Of a DNA stretch of 64,000 bases, positions 12,050 to 27,848 are shown one piece after another (the first letter of the stretch is position 1; every line of letters begins with the position of its first letter). Location of the stretch: positions 22,568,001 through 22,632,000 of the forward strand of contig OZ024755.1 in the NCBI GenBank assembly GCA_964016885.1, read 5' to 3'. The position numbers and the translations under genes are program-made. The DNA is from Eledone cirrhosa (Eukaryota). The notes beneath the pieces are model-generated. The model searched no databases and had not been told where the DNA came from. It was given only the letters and a program-made list of their open reading frames with translations.

Positions 12050-12775
12050 TGTTTCTTCTTTTGGCACAAGGCCAGCAATTTCCCCAGTGTATTACTGGTG
12101 CTTTATTTTATCGACCCTGTAAGGATGAAAGGCAAATCTAACCTCAGTGGGATTTGACCTCAGAACGTAAAGGGCCAAAACTCTATGCTGCAAGCATGGT
12201 GTCTGATGCTCTACCGATACTGTCAAACTACCAATAACAAGGGAGCAAGCTAGTAGTGGTGGTGGTAATAGTAAGGGAGCAAGCTAGTCATAGTTGTAAT
12301 AGTAGTAGTGCTAGTGGTAGTAGTAGGAAAGTAAACTAAAACTTCAGCTAGAACACTTTAATAATATAGTATAGGCACAAGGCCAGCAATTTGGGGGGGA
12401 GGAGAAAGTCAATTAAATCGACCCCAGTATGTAACTGGTGCTTTATTTTATCAACCCTGTAAGGATGAAAGGTAAAGTTAACCTCGGCAGGATTTGAACT
12501 CAGACCGTAAAGGGCCGTAACTCTATGCTGCAAAGCATATTGTCTGACTCTCTACCGATACTGCCAATCCACCAAACACTTTAATAATAATTGTTTCTAC
12601 TTTAGGCACAAGGCCAACAATTACCCAGTACATTACTGGTGCTTTATTTTATCGACCCCGTAAGGATGAAAGGCAAAGTTAACCTCGACAGGATTTGAAC
12701 TCAGACCATAAAGGGACGTAACTATGCTAGAAAGCATGGCGTCCGACCCTCTACTGCCAATTCACCGCCCTTAAT
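12050..12775 (-). mobile_element. Three Meta-like SINEs
   Basis: Copies at about 12050-12232, 12372-12575 and 12590-12772. Confidence 0.8.
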
Positions 12776-12899
12776 AATAATAAAAGAGAGACATTGGTGT
12801 AAATGTAAAAAAATAAATTAAACTATAAAACTAGAAAGAAAACAATAACTGAGTAATGTGATCTAAGATTTATATTGGAAGAATAAGGTGGTAATAATG

Positions 12900-13285
12900 A
12901 AATTATTGTGTACAGCGCTCAGGTGCACTACAACTCATCAAAGGGGCATGTATAGTACATTGAATAATGTACAAATGTCAGGAAAGTGAACAGTGTATGT
13001 GTCATGATATACACACAGATACATGTGTGTGTATGGAGGGGGAATATCAGGTGTAGTGTTGGCGAATTTCGAGAAGTATTGAGGTTTTGAAGGATACAGG
13101 TAGTTTGTTCCATGCTCCAGCAACTCTGAGTGTGAAAAAATGTTTCTGAAAGTCATGGGAGCTGTGCTGATTTCTGACTTTGTGGGCATGCCCACGTGTG
13201 TCCACATGTCCACATGGAATTCAAAAAGGTACTTAGGGTTGTTGTTGGCAAGATAGTTAATAATTTTGTGGGTGTTTACCAAGTC
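12900..13285 (-). mobile_element. CR1-like LINE 3' fragment
   Basis: THKIIN...LFEF...TRGHA...RKHFFTLRVA.AWNKLP; same family as 21235-21392. Confidence 0.7.
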
Positions 13286-13290
13286 AGGTG

Positions 13291-13822
13291 GAGGTGAAGT
13301 AGATCCTGGTTTATATTGGAGGAATAAGGCGGGGGGAGGGTGAAGTAGGTTCTGGTTTATGTTGGAGGAATAAGGGAGGGGGTGAAGTAGGTTCTGGTTT
13401 ATGTTGGAGGAATAAGGCGGGGGGAGGGTGAAGTAGGTTCTGGTTTATGTTGGAGGAATAAGGGGGGATGAAGTAGGTTCTGGTTTATGTTGGAGGAATA
13501 AGGGGGGATGAAGTAGGTTCTGGTTTATGTTGGAAGAGTAAGGCGGGGGGAGGGTGAAGTAGGTTCTGGTTTATGTTGGAGGAATAAGGTGGGGGGAGGG
13601 TGAAGTAGGTTCTGGTTTATGTTGGAGGAATAAGGTGGGATGAAGTAGGTTCTGGTTTATGTTGGAGGAATAAGGGGGGATGAAGTAGGTTCTGGTTTAT
13701 GTTGGAGGAATAAGGGGGGGATGAAGTAGGTTCTGGTTTATGTTGGAGGAATAAGGGGGGATGAAGTAGGTTCTGGTTTATGTTGGAAGAATAAGGGGGT
13801 GTGGAAGTGAAGTAGGTTCTGA
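13291..13822. repeat. 40-46 bp G-rich minisatellite, about 13 copies
   Basis: Unit TGAAGTAGGTTCTGGTTTATGTTGGAGGAATAAGG(G)n. Confidence 0.95.
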
Positions 13823-14199
13823 TTTGAGATAAGAAATCTAAACAGCAGGAAGGAAATATTCAAAGCCAAATAGTAGATCAGCTGAAAATGTCATAATAAG
13901 AATTAACTTCCTTCAGTTTTCACCACATACACTTAGAATGGTGGAATTATAAACAAGTAATTTGCTTATCGGCCATTATATATATATATATATATATAAA
14001 TATGTATATACATCATGTGTTTGTGTGAGTGAGTGGGTGGGTTTTTTTTTATGAGTTGGTGAGATGGGGAAAGGCAATGCTGATGACCTTTGCAGACCTT
14101 TCCAGCTTAATGTAGTTGATTCTCTGTTTGAACAGTTGTAGGTTGACGTGTGCAGGAAAAAAAAAACATAGGAAGGGGCATTGGAGGGGAATTGCAGAC

Positions 14200-14700
14200 T
14201 GCTGCAGTTCCGGGAACCAATTAATGGGAAAACTGTTTGATGCAGGATCTAGGTGGGTGGGATTCAGGATTCATTAGGAGTGGGGGATGAAAGTAGAAGA
14301 GGCAAAAAAAATATGTTGAATAGAAGTGGGTAGAGGATGAGGTATACAGATAGTTAGTTCAAGGGACCAGAAGCTAAGGTGGTAGTGATGGAAGAGACAG
14401 AGAGATGAAATCACATGGCTATGAGACAGAAGTTGAAGTAGATTTTTGAGAGGATTTTTGTCAATTATCCAAATGGTTTTCCTTTGAATATCATCTCCAA
14501 TATTTATGTATGTAACAGTAACAGTATTACATATATGTGAGCAATACTTCAATATAGGTATTTGAGCTTTGTAAAAGGTCAGCAACTGGGGAGATTTGAA
14601 TTAATTCCTGGCCCTAGTCTTTGTAATGCAATAATAGCCATATCTTATATGTGAGATCCCCATAAGAGAACATTAGATGTTTTGAAGGCTGCTAACATTT
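14200..14700 (-). mobile_element. Old CR1/Jockey-type LINE RT C-terminal remnant
   Basis: LLTFYKAQI(R)PILKYCSHI...DDIQRKTIWII...SSLCLFHHYH. Confidence 0.6.
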
Positions 14701-16111
14701 GTAGCAACTTTTAAGGATTTAGATGTGTAGTTTGTGTGTTAGGGTGTGTAGTGTGATATTGTGTCTTATGTGTAATGAGAACATATTTGAGCTGTTAAAC
14801 TATGTTTTTGAATGCAGTGTATGTCGAATATTATGTGTTTAAGTTACACATAGATGGTTTCTGTGTCAAAGAGCAGTGGTGAGTGGTAGTATTATGTGTA
14901 TAGGATTGTATGTTGTCAGAAGTGACAGCAAGAAAGTTGATGTTCTTGAAGGAAGTAGCTTCATCCACGGACTTGATTAACCCTTAAACAAAATAAACAA
15001 AATGTTTAGGGCATCAATGAAAAGAGGATACCATTTCATTCAAATTAATTGTACTTGTTATTTCAAAACAAAATTTTGGGGCAGACTTTATATATGGCAG
15101 GGGGATAATCTTTTAAGTGCTTAGGGCTTCAAAAGGACTTAATCTGACCCTTTTTCATCACATATATAATGGAGTTGTCTGACAAGAAATGATCTTAGAT
15201 ATGAGAAAAGTTGTAGCCTATAGGCAGGAAAGTTAATTAAGATGTTCTCAAACTTGACCAAATCTAGTCAATAATTTTGTTGTTATTAAAAGCAAAAATA
15301 TTGTTTTTTTCTTCTGCTGAGGTGCTAAAGATCAAGAGGCCTTTGGCACATGATATAAGAGGGAAATGTTATATCTGAAAATCAAAGTTGACTTTGGCAG
15401 TATTTGAACTCAGAGCACAGGGATCCAGGACAAATACCACAATGTATTTTGTCCTACACTCTGACAACTCTGTCTGTTCACGCTTCCTAACCAATTCACC
15501 CCCTGCACAATTAAGATGTTAAGAAGAGGATAGTTAACTGCATCAAATAGTATACTGTTTACTACTTATGGGGGAGGGGTAAAGAACTATTTTAAGGTCA
15601 CTGCTGAAGAGACATACCAGAAACTGTGGGCTGGTAATTACAGTTTGTTTGGGGAGTAAATATTAGTAAACCAGTGAATAGTCTTGCTTTTTTTCTGTTA
15701 TATTAGCTCTAGAATTGCTATGGCTCTCCATTCTATTCATGGTGGGAAATATGGTTTACGAGGACTTGGTCCTGTTCTTGAGCTATTTGTAGTTTCACCA
15801 TTAGTTTACTGAGTGTGTGTACCAGCTTGCACCCTCCCAGATATGTAAGCAATCCTTTAGAATGGGTCACACTTCAAACCTAGCAAATAATAAGTTATAC
15901 CTATATAACAAGGGACCAGTCCTGTCACACATAGTGTTAACCTGAATATCCCTGAGGACTATGTTAAGGGTGCACGTATCTGTAGAATGCTCGGCCACTT
16001 GCACATTAATTTCATGAGCAGGCAATTTCATTGATTGAATCAAATGGAAATGACAGAGGTCCAACAGCAACATGTATGTATAGAAACTTTATTAACAGTC
16101 CTACTAGCTGT

Positions 16112-16624
16112 AATTGTTTCTACTTTTGGCACAAGGCCAGCAATTATCCCAGTGCATTACTGGTGCTCTATTTTATCGAGGTCGTATGGACGAAAGGCAA
16201 AGTTAACCTCGGCGGGATTGGAACTCAGAACGTAAAGGGCCGTAACTCTGTGCTGCAAAGCATGACGTCCAACCCTCTACCGATACTGCCAATCCACCGC
16301 CCTTTGCTGGCTGTTTAATAATTGTTTCTACTTTAGGCACAAGGCCAGCAATTACCCAGTACATTACTGGTACTTTATTTTATCGACCCCGTAAGGATGA
16401 CAGGCAAAGTTAACCTCGGCGGGATTTGAACTCAGACCATAAAGGGACGTAACTATGCTGGAAAGCATGGCGTCCGACTCTCTACCGATACTGCCAATCC
16501 ACTTAATAATAATTGTTTCTACTTTTGGCACAAGGCCAGCAATTACCCAGTACATTACTGGTACTTTATTTTATCGACCCCGTAAGGATGAAAGGCAAAG
16601 TTAACCTCGGCGGGATTTGAACTA
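16112..16624 (-). mobile_element. Three tandem Meta-like SINEs
   Basis: Same family, head-to-tail. Confidence 0.8.
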
Positions 16625-16939
16625 ATGCTTTCCTCTTTCGTCTTATAATTCAAGTATGTTCTTAGTAATCCTAAGAGCCTATTGAAAGCCTGGCACTAAA
16701 AAGACAAAAATAAATCCTTATTATTCATCCCCCATTGCTTCTTTCATAGTAACACTGTGTTTTATTGTATAGGATAATGCTCCTCCTTTATCTCACAATT
16801 TCCTTTCAAACTCATTCAGCTCTTAGTGTTATTTTGACCCATTCAAGCCTAAGAGTCTTATAGATTTTTTTTTTAAAAAGAAAATCCTCCTACATGGACT
16901 AAATATATAAAGTGAAATTAATATATAAATATATAAAAT

Positions 16940-18434
<1,495 letters not shown>

Positions 18435-18772
18435 GGAGGCACATGACTTAGTGGTTAGAGCATTGGCCTTGCAATCGAAAGGTTGTGAGTTCAATTCTCA
18501 GACCGGGTGATGTGTTGTTTCCTTGAGCAAGAGACTTTATTTCACATTGCTCCAGTTTACTCAGCTGTAGAAATGAGATGATAGGGACTGGGGTCTCTAT
18601 CATTCCACTGCAAAGTGGTCGTGGAGGTGCCACGGCAAAAAAGCACCCAGCACTCACTGTAAATGAGGTTGGTGTTAGGAAGGGCATCCAGCTGTAGAAA
18701 TCAAGCCAGAATCAGTTCCCGTCCCACCCTTGCAAGCAGGGAAAAACGGACGTAAAATGAAATGATGATGAT
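18435..18772 (+). mobile_element. Full-length CORE-type SINE
   Basis: Near-identical to 10875-11212. Confidence 0.9.
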
Positions 18773-18912
18773 ATGTATGTAAAAGGTAAACAGAAATAAC
18801 AACAGAATCGGTACAGTATATGGAAGGTATATATTAGGTTAACGCTTGATATAGCAGGAAGAGGGTCTTAACGTTTCGGACGCTAGACCTTCATCAGATA
18901 TATATATATATA

Positions 18913-19336
18913 CAGGGTGCGGACGATATATGTTCGCAAGAAGGAAAAAATAACCGTAGTTTTATTTTTTAAGATATATTTATCAAACTTGGGTCAGTTT
19001 GTCTTCATGACTTGTTCTTTCGATCTCACTCGATAAACTCGCCAACTTTGATGACGGCCTCAAGGCAGCCTCGGAACCGGCTACAGGCCTTCGCCACTGT
19101 CCCCCGACTTAGGCCCCTAAAGACACTTGTGATTCTGGCCTTCAGATTGTCTTTCGTATTGCAGCTAGATCTGTTGGTGTCTCGTTCCACTGCGCCCCAC
19201 ACAAAGAAGTCGAGGGGATTGCAGTCAGGCGAGCTGGGAGGCCAGATGTCAGGTGAAGTGTGGTCGACGAAGTTCTCTGACAGCCAGGCTTGGCTTTTTC
19301 GGCTGGTATGGCAGGGCGCTGAGTCTTGCTGGCACA
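18913..19336 (-). mobile_element. Truncated second copy (3' part) of the DD37D element
   Basis: TA followed by TIR CAGGGTGCGGACGATATATGTTCGCAAG; encodes QQDSAPCH...SPDCNPLDF...GEFIE, closely similar to 6950-7386. Confidence 0.92.
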
Positions 19337-19694
19337 TTTGTATGCAAATATACACAAATTTGCATACCTTTTGATGTCTATAGATATAAACGTGCCGACA
19401 CACACACATACATATACGCACACATGCATTGCACACTGATGGGCGCATACATATTTGTACACAAGTATTCCAATACGGCAAGGCCTAATGGATTCCCCTT
19501 GCAGTACGTACAATCTGGACACTCTCACACATACCTTGGTATTATGCCAATACTATATATCATTTCACACCTTTTATTATTAAGGTTTTTGATGTTCTAT
19601 TGAGAGAATCGTTTTTACTGAAAATATTGAATAATGTACAACATTTTTACCAGTATCACAAAAATACTGGTCCACCCACACACACACACACATT

Positions 19695-19731
<37 letters not shown>

Positions 19732-20059
19732 TCTCACACACACACACACATATATATATACACACACACACACACATACACACGCGTACATTAACATACA
19801 AAGAGACATATACACGCACACACACACACACACACACTTCTCCGTATAAGACAAGAGCTGAAAAATATCTTTTAACATGTTAAAATATCCCCCACACACG
19901 TACAGACACATTCCTACTGACCATCCCTCTACCACGAATTACTCTGCTACACACACACACAGAGGTGCCTACAGACTGTAGTAGGTTTCACTTTGTACTT
20001 AGGTAAGGCGGGTCTTCTGTATTACTGTGTAGCGCCAAAGATCTCAGTCCAGTGACATT

Positions 20060-20377
20060 GTCTTGGAGAGGTGTAAGAGTGTGAGGTCGGAATTTATCAA
20101 GCCATCCCAGGTTTTTCTGGGTCTGCCTACTCCATGGCTACCGTCTATTTTTAATTTTTATTGCCCTGCACTTTTTTATACAGTTGTCGTCTTTCATGCG
20201 CATCACGTGACCATACCAACGTAGTCTTCTCTCGAGTAAACAACATCTGATCCCTCTTATTTCTAATTTTTCCCTTAGTTCGTTTATGCTTTGCCGTTCA
20301 CGTATATTACTATTACACATCCAGCGGAGCATGCAACCTTCGTTTCTCTCCAGTCTGCGTATATCCGCTGCACACAA
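20060..20377 (-). mobile_element. RTE LINE 3' fragment (different subfamily)
   Basis: LERNEGCMLRWMC...RRLRWYGHVMRMKDDNCIKKC. Confidence 0.85.
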
Positions 20378-20383
20378 TGCCCA

Positions 20384-20495
<112 letters not shown>

Positions 20496-20950
20496 TATAT
20501 ACAGTCGAGTCCGTTTAAGAGTATATCGGATAAGAGTATAGTCCGCATAAGAGTATAGCATAATCAATTCCCGTTTATATATTTTCTATAATTTTCTATA
20601 ATTTAGTCCGAATAAGTGTATAATGAATACGGTAAAGTAAATTGGGCTTATGATGTAACATAACCATTTAAAAACAATTCAAAATGAAATGCGATGATGT
20701 CATTTATACAACCATTCTAAAAGCAATTTAAAGTTTAATATATGCAAATACAAAAATAATAATTCATTGTGTCATAAAAATGTCTTTGAAACGCTCTGAT
20801 TTATCCATTACTCAAAGGTTAGTATGTATTATTTTTATATTTATAATATGAATGTGCATAGGTACCTAACATAACTTTAATCATTTATCAATATTTTAGA
20901 TCTCTGGGAAAGAAGGAATAAATACTTTGTTCACTGTACGGTCCTATATG

Positions 20951-21122
20951 CAGGGCCATCTTAACGCATGGGCACGCTGGGCAGTTGCCCGGGGGGGGCA
21001 CGAGTATAGGGGGCCCATTTGTATTTTTATTCCTGTGAGTGGTTGTGTAGGTAAGGGGCCCCAGTGCCCTGCTTTGCCCGGAGAGAGGGGGGGGGGGCTA
21101 TTATGCTGTTAAGACGGCCCTG
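20951..21122. mobile_element. hAT-type MITE
   Basis: TIR CAGGGCCATCTTAAC / GTTAAGACGGCCCTG with a perfect 8-bp TSD, CCTATATG. Confidence 0.9.
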
Positions 21123-21234
21123 CCTATATGATGCAATCGTTTGAAAATTTTGAAAATTATACTCTGTCTGAGATCGAGGAATTGATTGAAAAAAAAATTG
21201 CGACCAATCGAGTGCAAAAAAAGCATTTTGGACT

Positions 21235-21392
21235 ATTTTTTCACGCTCAGAGTTGCTGAAGCATGGAAAAACTTCCTGCATCAGTTGTTAGCTGTCGAGA
21301 CACTGCATCCTTTAAGGCCTCCATGCTTCCTGAGATCCACCAACACTACACCTAATGTTCCCCCCTCCATACACATACAGACATGTATACCA
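21235..21392 (+). mobile_element. CR1-like 3' fragment inside the 20502-21737 element
   Basis: FFTLRVAEAW...; homologous to 13000-13140; flanked by a direct repeat of about 78 bp. Confidence 0.7.
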
Positions 21393-21785
21393 TCTGTCTG
21401 AGATCGAGGAATTGATTGAAAAAAAAATTGCGAGCAATTGAGTGCAAAAAAAGCATTTTGGACTATTTTTAGGAAATAAAAATTGCATACCAATATGTTG
21501 AAATATTGCTTAATTTATCTATAATTTGCAATAATTCTTGTTGAATTTTTTGGTGTAACTTTCAGTTTTTTTACATATAAATGCATTTTAAACGATAATA
21601 AAGCGATTTTTAATCCTTGAAAGACGCAAAATAATAATACTATGGAATATTTTTACTTAGTCCGCTTAAGAGTATAGTCCGCTTAAGAGTATACTATTTT
21701 TCATTCCCGAGGGTATACTCTTAAGCGGACTCGACTGTATATGTATATATATGTATGTGTATATATGTATATATAATCTGGCAGG

Positions 21786-21840
21786 AAGGTATACGTTGCT
21801 GACGATAGCTAATAAGCTTGAAACTAGTACAGCGTTCCTT
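21786..21840 (+). ncRNA. Minimal type I hammerhead ribozyme motif
   Basis: ACGTTG-CTGACGA-TAGCT AATA AGCTT-GAAA-CTAG-TA-CAGCGT: conserved core, 6-bp stem I extended by AAGG/CCTT, 4-bp stem II, palindromic stem III ACTAGT. Confidence 0.72.
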
Positions 21841-21959
21841 TGTCAGTGTTGAACAAACGAGCAACGATGGTTGCTAGACACTACGGCTTAATACGGGATG
21901 TTTGTTTACAAACACACCGAGCTTTATAATAAATGTTCGGTGAATCCATACGTACATAT

Positions 21960-23030
<1,071 letters not shown>

Positions 23031-24069
23031 ATTTGATGGACTTCACTTGTGAAGTATTCTGAAATAAAAGAATGGAAAGCAAAGGTGTTACAGTCAAAAT
23101 ATGTTGTATAAAGTAATGGCGGGTAATACAGAGAAGAGGTTTACTGTTGTTAGACAGGAATGTTAAATGAAGGGAACATATTGATTTCAATCTCTGTGAA
23201 TCATATTTCAATACTGATATCACAGATCAATATAGGAAAATAGAATGAAGCTTGTTTTAATAAATAAGCCAACACATACAATTTTAGATAAAATGCTTTA
23301 AGATGGGAAAAAAAGTAACAGCAGTAAGAATTGCCTGTTAGTTTTGTTTGTTTTTAACCTTGCTTAAAGAAGATAGTTATAATTGTGTGTGTGTCCATGT
23401 GTTTGTGTATCCCCATGTATGTGTATGTGTGTCCCCATGTGTGTGTTGGTCCGTGTGTGTGTCCATGTATATATCCATGTCTATGTATGCCTTAATGTGT
23501 ATAAAGACCGTATGCGATGTATTACCTCAAGACAATTTGGAGTAACCAAAAACACTATTGATTGTTTTATAACATTACTGGTACTTTATTTTATCAACCT
23601 TATAAGGAGGAAAGGCAAAGCTAACATCAGAGGGATTTGAACTCAGAACATAAAGGAACATAACTATATGCTGCAAAGCATGTTGTCCATAGCTCAACTT
23701 CTGGATTTGCCATACAGCTTTTGTTTGTGTTTTTTGGCAAGTGTCAGTTTGAGACAGTATTCCACCTGCTATCATGGAAATCTTTGATGTTGGATATTTG
23801 TACTTTCTTGAGAGATATAAAAATGTCTGCAACATAGAGATGTAATTGATGTTGACAGTAATTTTGTATCTGATTGCTTTTGTTTTCCTTTTTCATCAGA
23901 TAGGAAAAGATAGACAGAGAGAAAGAGTATGCCATCATCATCATAATCATTTTACATCTGGTTTTCCTTCTGACATGGGTTCAACAGTCAGAGTCAATTC
24001 GAGTCAGTTCATTTACTACCCAGAAGTGTTAAGGACTGTCTTTCACTCTTACATTCTATTATTGGAATG

Positions 24070-24720
24070 GTTTCTATGGCTGGATGTCCTTTCTAACACC
24101 AACCACTTTACAGAGTGTACTGGGAGCCTAGTTTCTATGGCTGGATGTCCTTTCTAACACCAACCACTTTACAGAGTGTACTGGGAGCATAGTTTCTATG
24201 GCTGGATGTCCTTCCTAACACCAACCACTTTACAGTGTGTACTGGGAGCCTAGTTTCTATGGCTAGATGTCCTAACACCAACCACTTTACAGAGTGTACT
24301 GGGAGCCTAGTTTCTATGGCTGGATGTCCTTCCTAACACCAACCACTTTACAGAGTGTACTGGGAGCATAGTTTCTATGGCTGCATGTCCTTTCTAACAC
24401 CAACCACTTTACAGAGTGTACTGGGAGCATAGTTTCTATGGCTGGATGCCCTTTCTAACACCAACCACTTTACAGAGTGTACTGGGAGCATAGTTTCTAT
24501 GGCTGCATGTCCTTTCTAACACCAACCACTTTACAGAGTGTACTGGGAGCATAGTTTCTATGGCTGCATGTCCTTTCTAACACCAACCACTTTACAGAGT
24601 GTACTGGGAGCCTAGTTTCTATGGCTGGATGTCCTTCCTAACACCAACCACTTTACAGTGTGTACTGGGAGTAGGGTTTCTATGGCTGGATGTCCTTCCT
24701 AATACCAACACTTTACTGGG
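24070..24720. repeat. 61-bp minisatellite, about 11 copies, derived from SINE/RTE 5' UTR sequence
   Basis: The unit contains GCTGGATGTCCTTCCTAACACCAACCACTTTACAG. Confidence 0.95.
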
Positions 24721-27700
24721 TACATTTTATTGTGGAACTTGCATTAGTAACTTTGCCTTGTCCTCCACAAAACTAAAGAGCTTTCAGTATTCTACACTGT
24801 TTCTGTGTGTATATGTATATATTTGTCTTTGTGTGCATAGAAACCTATATAGATATTGATGCAGTAAAACAAAACCAACTGTTCTTGTAATTTGTGTTCC
24901 TACCAAAGTTAACTCACTTAATACTAACTGGTCTACAACTGCCTATCCTAAAATGACCATATTTTAACTAAAATCTTATAATAAACATGAATGGTAATAT
25001 GAGATTTCAGTGGATCACCAACTTTAAATATTTTACAAAACTCACCAAAGTCTCTATGTTAAAAATTAATTGAGACACTTAGGCAGTCTACCCATTAAAT
25101 GAGAGACTAAGGCAGTTTTCCCATTAATTTAGACACTTAAGTAGTCTAGCCATTAATTTAGACACTTAAGTAGTCTAGCCATTAATTTAGACACTTAGGT
25201 AGTCTACCTATTAAAAAAGTCAATTTGGAAGTCCATGTGGAGTCATTTGGCCTACTAGAAATAGTAGTAAAACTTCCCTGAAATCACAATCCAACATACT
25301 AAAACAAAAAAAAGGACATATTGGATAATGTGATCCTAGATATACTGTGACAAAAGAAGATGGTTACAATTAGATTGGTTTTTCTTCCCCCCTCATTTTT
25401 TTTTAATCATAGGTCTGCTTGATTTAAGCTGATCTGGGACTAAAAACTAACCCCTTAGAAATCTAGTCATGAAAGTGTTAAAGGGTTTCTGGTTTTATAT
25501 TTTGTAGGATTTATATGTATGTAATTTGATAAAATAAATTCTTCATTGCACTTTTGAAGAAAAGTGCCTTTTAAAAACATTTTGGGAAATAATTATAATC
25601 ATTTATAAATAAATCAACTTTGGCAATCTTCGGTAATTTGATGAATAATTAATTATCATGGCATATAACTAATTAGATTGATATATAATTTTCAAATGAT
25701 GAACTTTTGAAATAGCAAGTAGATCAGAAAGTGTAATTTTTTGGAGACATTGTAGACAGGAGGTGAAAGTGATATTTAACTGACATGAATAATAAACTTA
25801 ATGACATGTAGAGCTTAATGATGCAGTGAATTGGAGTTGAGAACAAAATCAGCTGGTTGCTACTCCCTGAGGCAGTGTTTCCTACTATGTCTGTCTCATG
25901 CTCTGTTGCCTTCTGCAATAGACTTTTACTCTTTCTACTGACACTACTATAAAAACTGTTTTTATAGCAGTGTCAGTAAAGTGATTTTCAATTCTATCCC
26001 CCATACAGTGCAAAATCAGATGTAATAAAAATATGAGACTAGGATAGAAAAGTGTTCCAAAGAGGTCATTTTAATTGTGCTCACTAGAGATAAAAACTCA
26101 TTCAGCATAATCATATTATTCCTACCATAAAGAATTACCTTAAATATGTCCATCAATGTAATTGCTATTAACAAATACCAAAATATCTAACTAACATGCT
26201 ATGTAAAATATCGATTTCTTTCAATCTCATCTTTCCAAGTAAAATGTTTCTATAAAAAAAAAAGAAAGAAAATGTCTTTGTTTAACCCTTTGTGACTGTA
26301 TTACTAACAAAATACTTTCTATTTCGTTTCTACGATAGTAAGTTAACATATTGTTTTTATATAAAATTATGTTGGAAGATTTTGATTTATATAAGAACCC
26401 TTTAAAATGAATGATTTTGTTTCATAGAACCCGAGCTGGTTTTTGTTGGGTGGGTATCAAAAGGGTATCAACATGACTGTGAAAACATCCAGAATGTAGT
26501 ATCTAGCACTAATGGGGGGAAAATATTTTCTTTTTATGCATAGAAAAATAAATGATAATAATTCCTCAAAAAAATATATATTTATCAATGATAACTCACC
26601 TCAAAAATAAAATACAACAAACCCTGACTTAATTAATTCATTTTCAATTGCTGAAAACCATATTATGAAACTTCAACTAATTCTGTATTCTAGAAATATA
26701 AAGAATAAATTGAGGTTTTATAAATGTTTCCAGTTCTTTCTACTCTAAACCTCTAAATAGAGATGCATCATTAATGGCTTCCTTGTTGGTTAGACTCAAA
26801 AGAAATAAAATAAGAAAGAAAAACATCTAAGATGACTCATTGCTTTTTTTCTCCTTTTTTAAATATCTGAAGAATCTTTTCTGTTTTTTTTTTTGTTTTT
26901 TTCAGTTTATGACAGAACATTTTGGTTTATAAAAATATTTATGTATGGTTTATATATCATCAAAGACATTTGATGATTGTAAATGGTTGGTTTTCTTGTT
27001 GCTGTTGTTACTTTTTTTTTTTTTTATTTTGTTTTGCATGTTAACATATGAGAAAGAACACACACAGACAGACAGCTAAACAGAGAGACAGACAGACGTA
27101 GCCAGTTAATAAAATAACATGAACGTTTCTGGAAACAGCTTGAGCTTGGTTAAAGTTGAAGAAGACTGATACTGTATGAAGGTCACTGAGTATAAATCAA
27201 ATAGAGAATTGAAAAGAAAATATGTTGAGAGAGTTGAAGCTTGGAACATCTGGAGAAATAATTTCAGCTATCTACTACAGCAGTCCATTAGAAAAAATAA
27301 ATAGTAATCTTAAGAGATCAATACAGTGGCCCCATTATTGTCAACATGCACAGAAATAACAGAAGCTAAGACAGATGGCAATGAGTTGAATTATTTATTT
27401 TGAAGAAACATTCTAGAATAATTATTTATTATTACATTTACCAGAGGGAGAGCCATGAAAATCTCCCAAACAAAGCACGGCCATTGTTATTTTGCAGACA
27501 ATGAATAGGATTCACTAGACACATCATGAAAGCTAAATACCATTTTTAGTGCCATTCGCAAGAGAAAAGAAACCTGTTACCACCTGTCAGGAAATGCCAA
27601 CATAAAGTCTGATAGATTGATTATATAAGATATTTCATCTAATCCATGTCTATAGATACACACACACACATATATATAAATGGCACTTTAACACACATAC

Positions 27701-27724
27701 CTACATACATGGTACTTTAACATG

Positions 27725-27758
<34 letters not shown>

Positions 27759-27809
27759 CATGGCATATTAACATACACACACATTTATAACATCTTCGAT
27801 TTAAACCTC

Positions 27810-27848
<39 letters not shown>

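Larger units (their letters stand above)
20502..21737. mobile_element. Non-autonomous TA-flanked DNA transposon (Tc1/mariner superfamily) with nested insertions
   Basis: TIRs CAGTCGAGTCCGTTTAAGAGTATA / TATACTCTTAAGCGGACTCGACTG, subterminal AAGAGTATAGTCCGC repeats at both ends, TA flanks. Confidence 0.85.
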
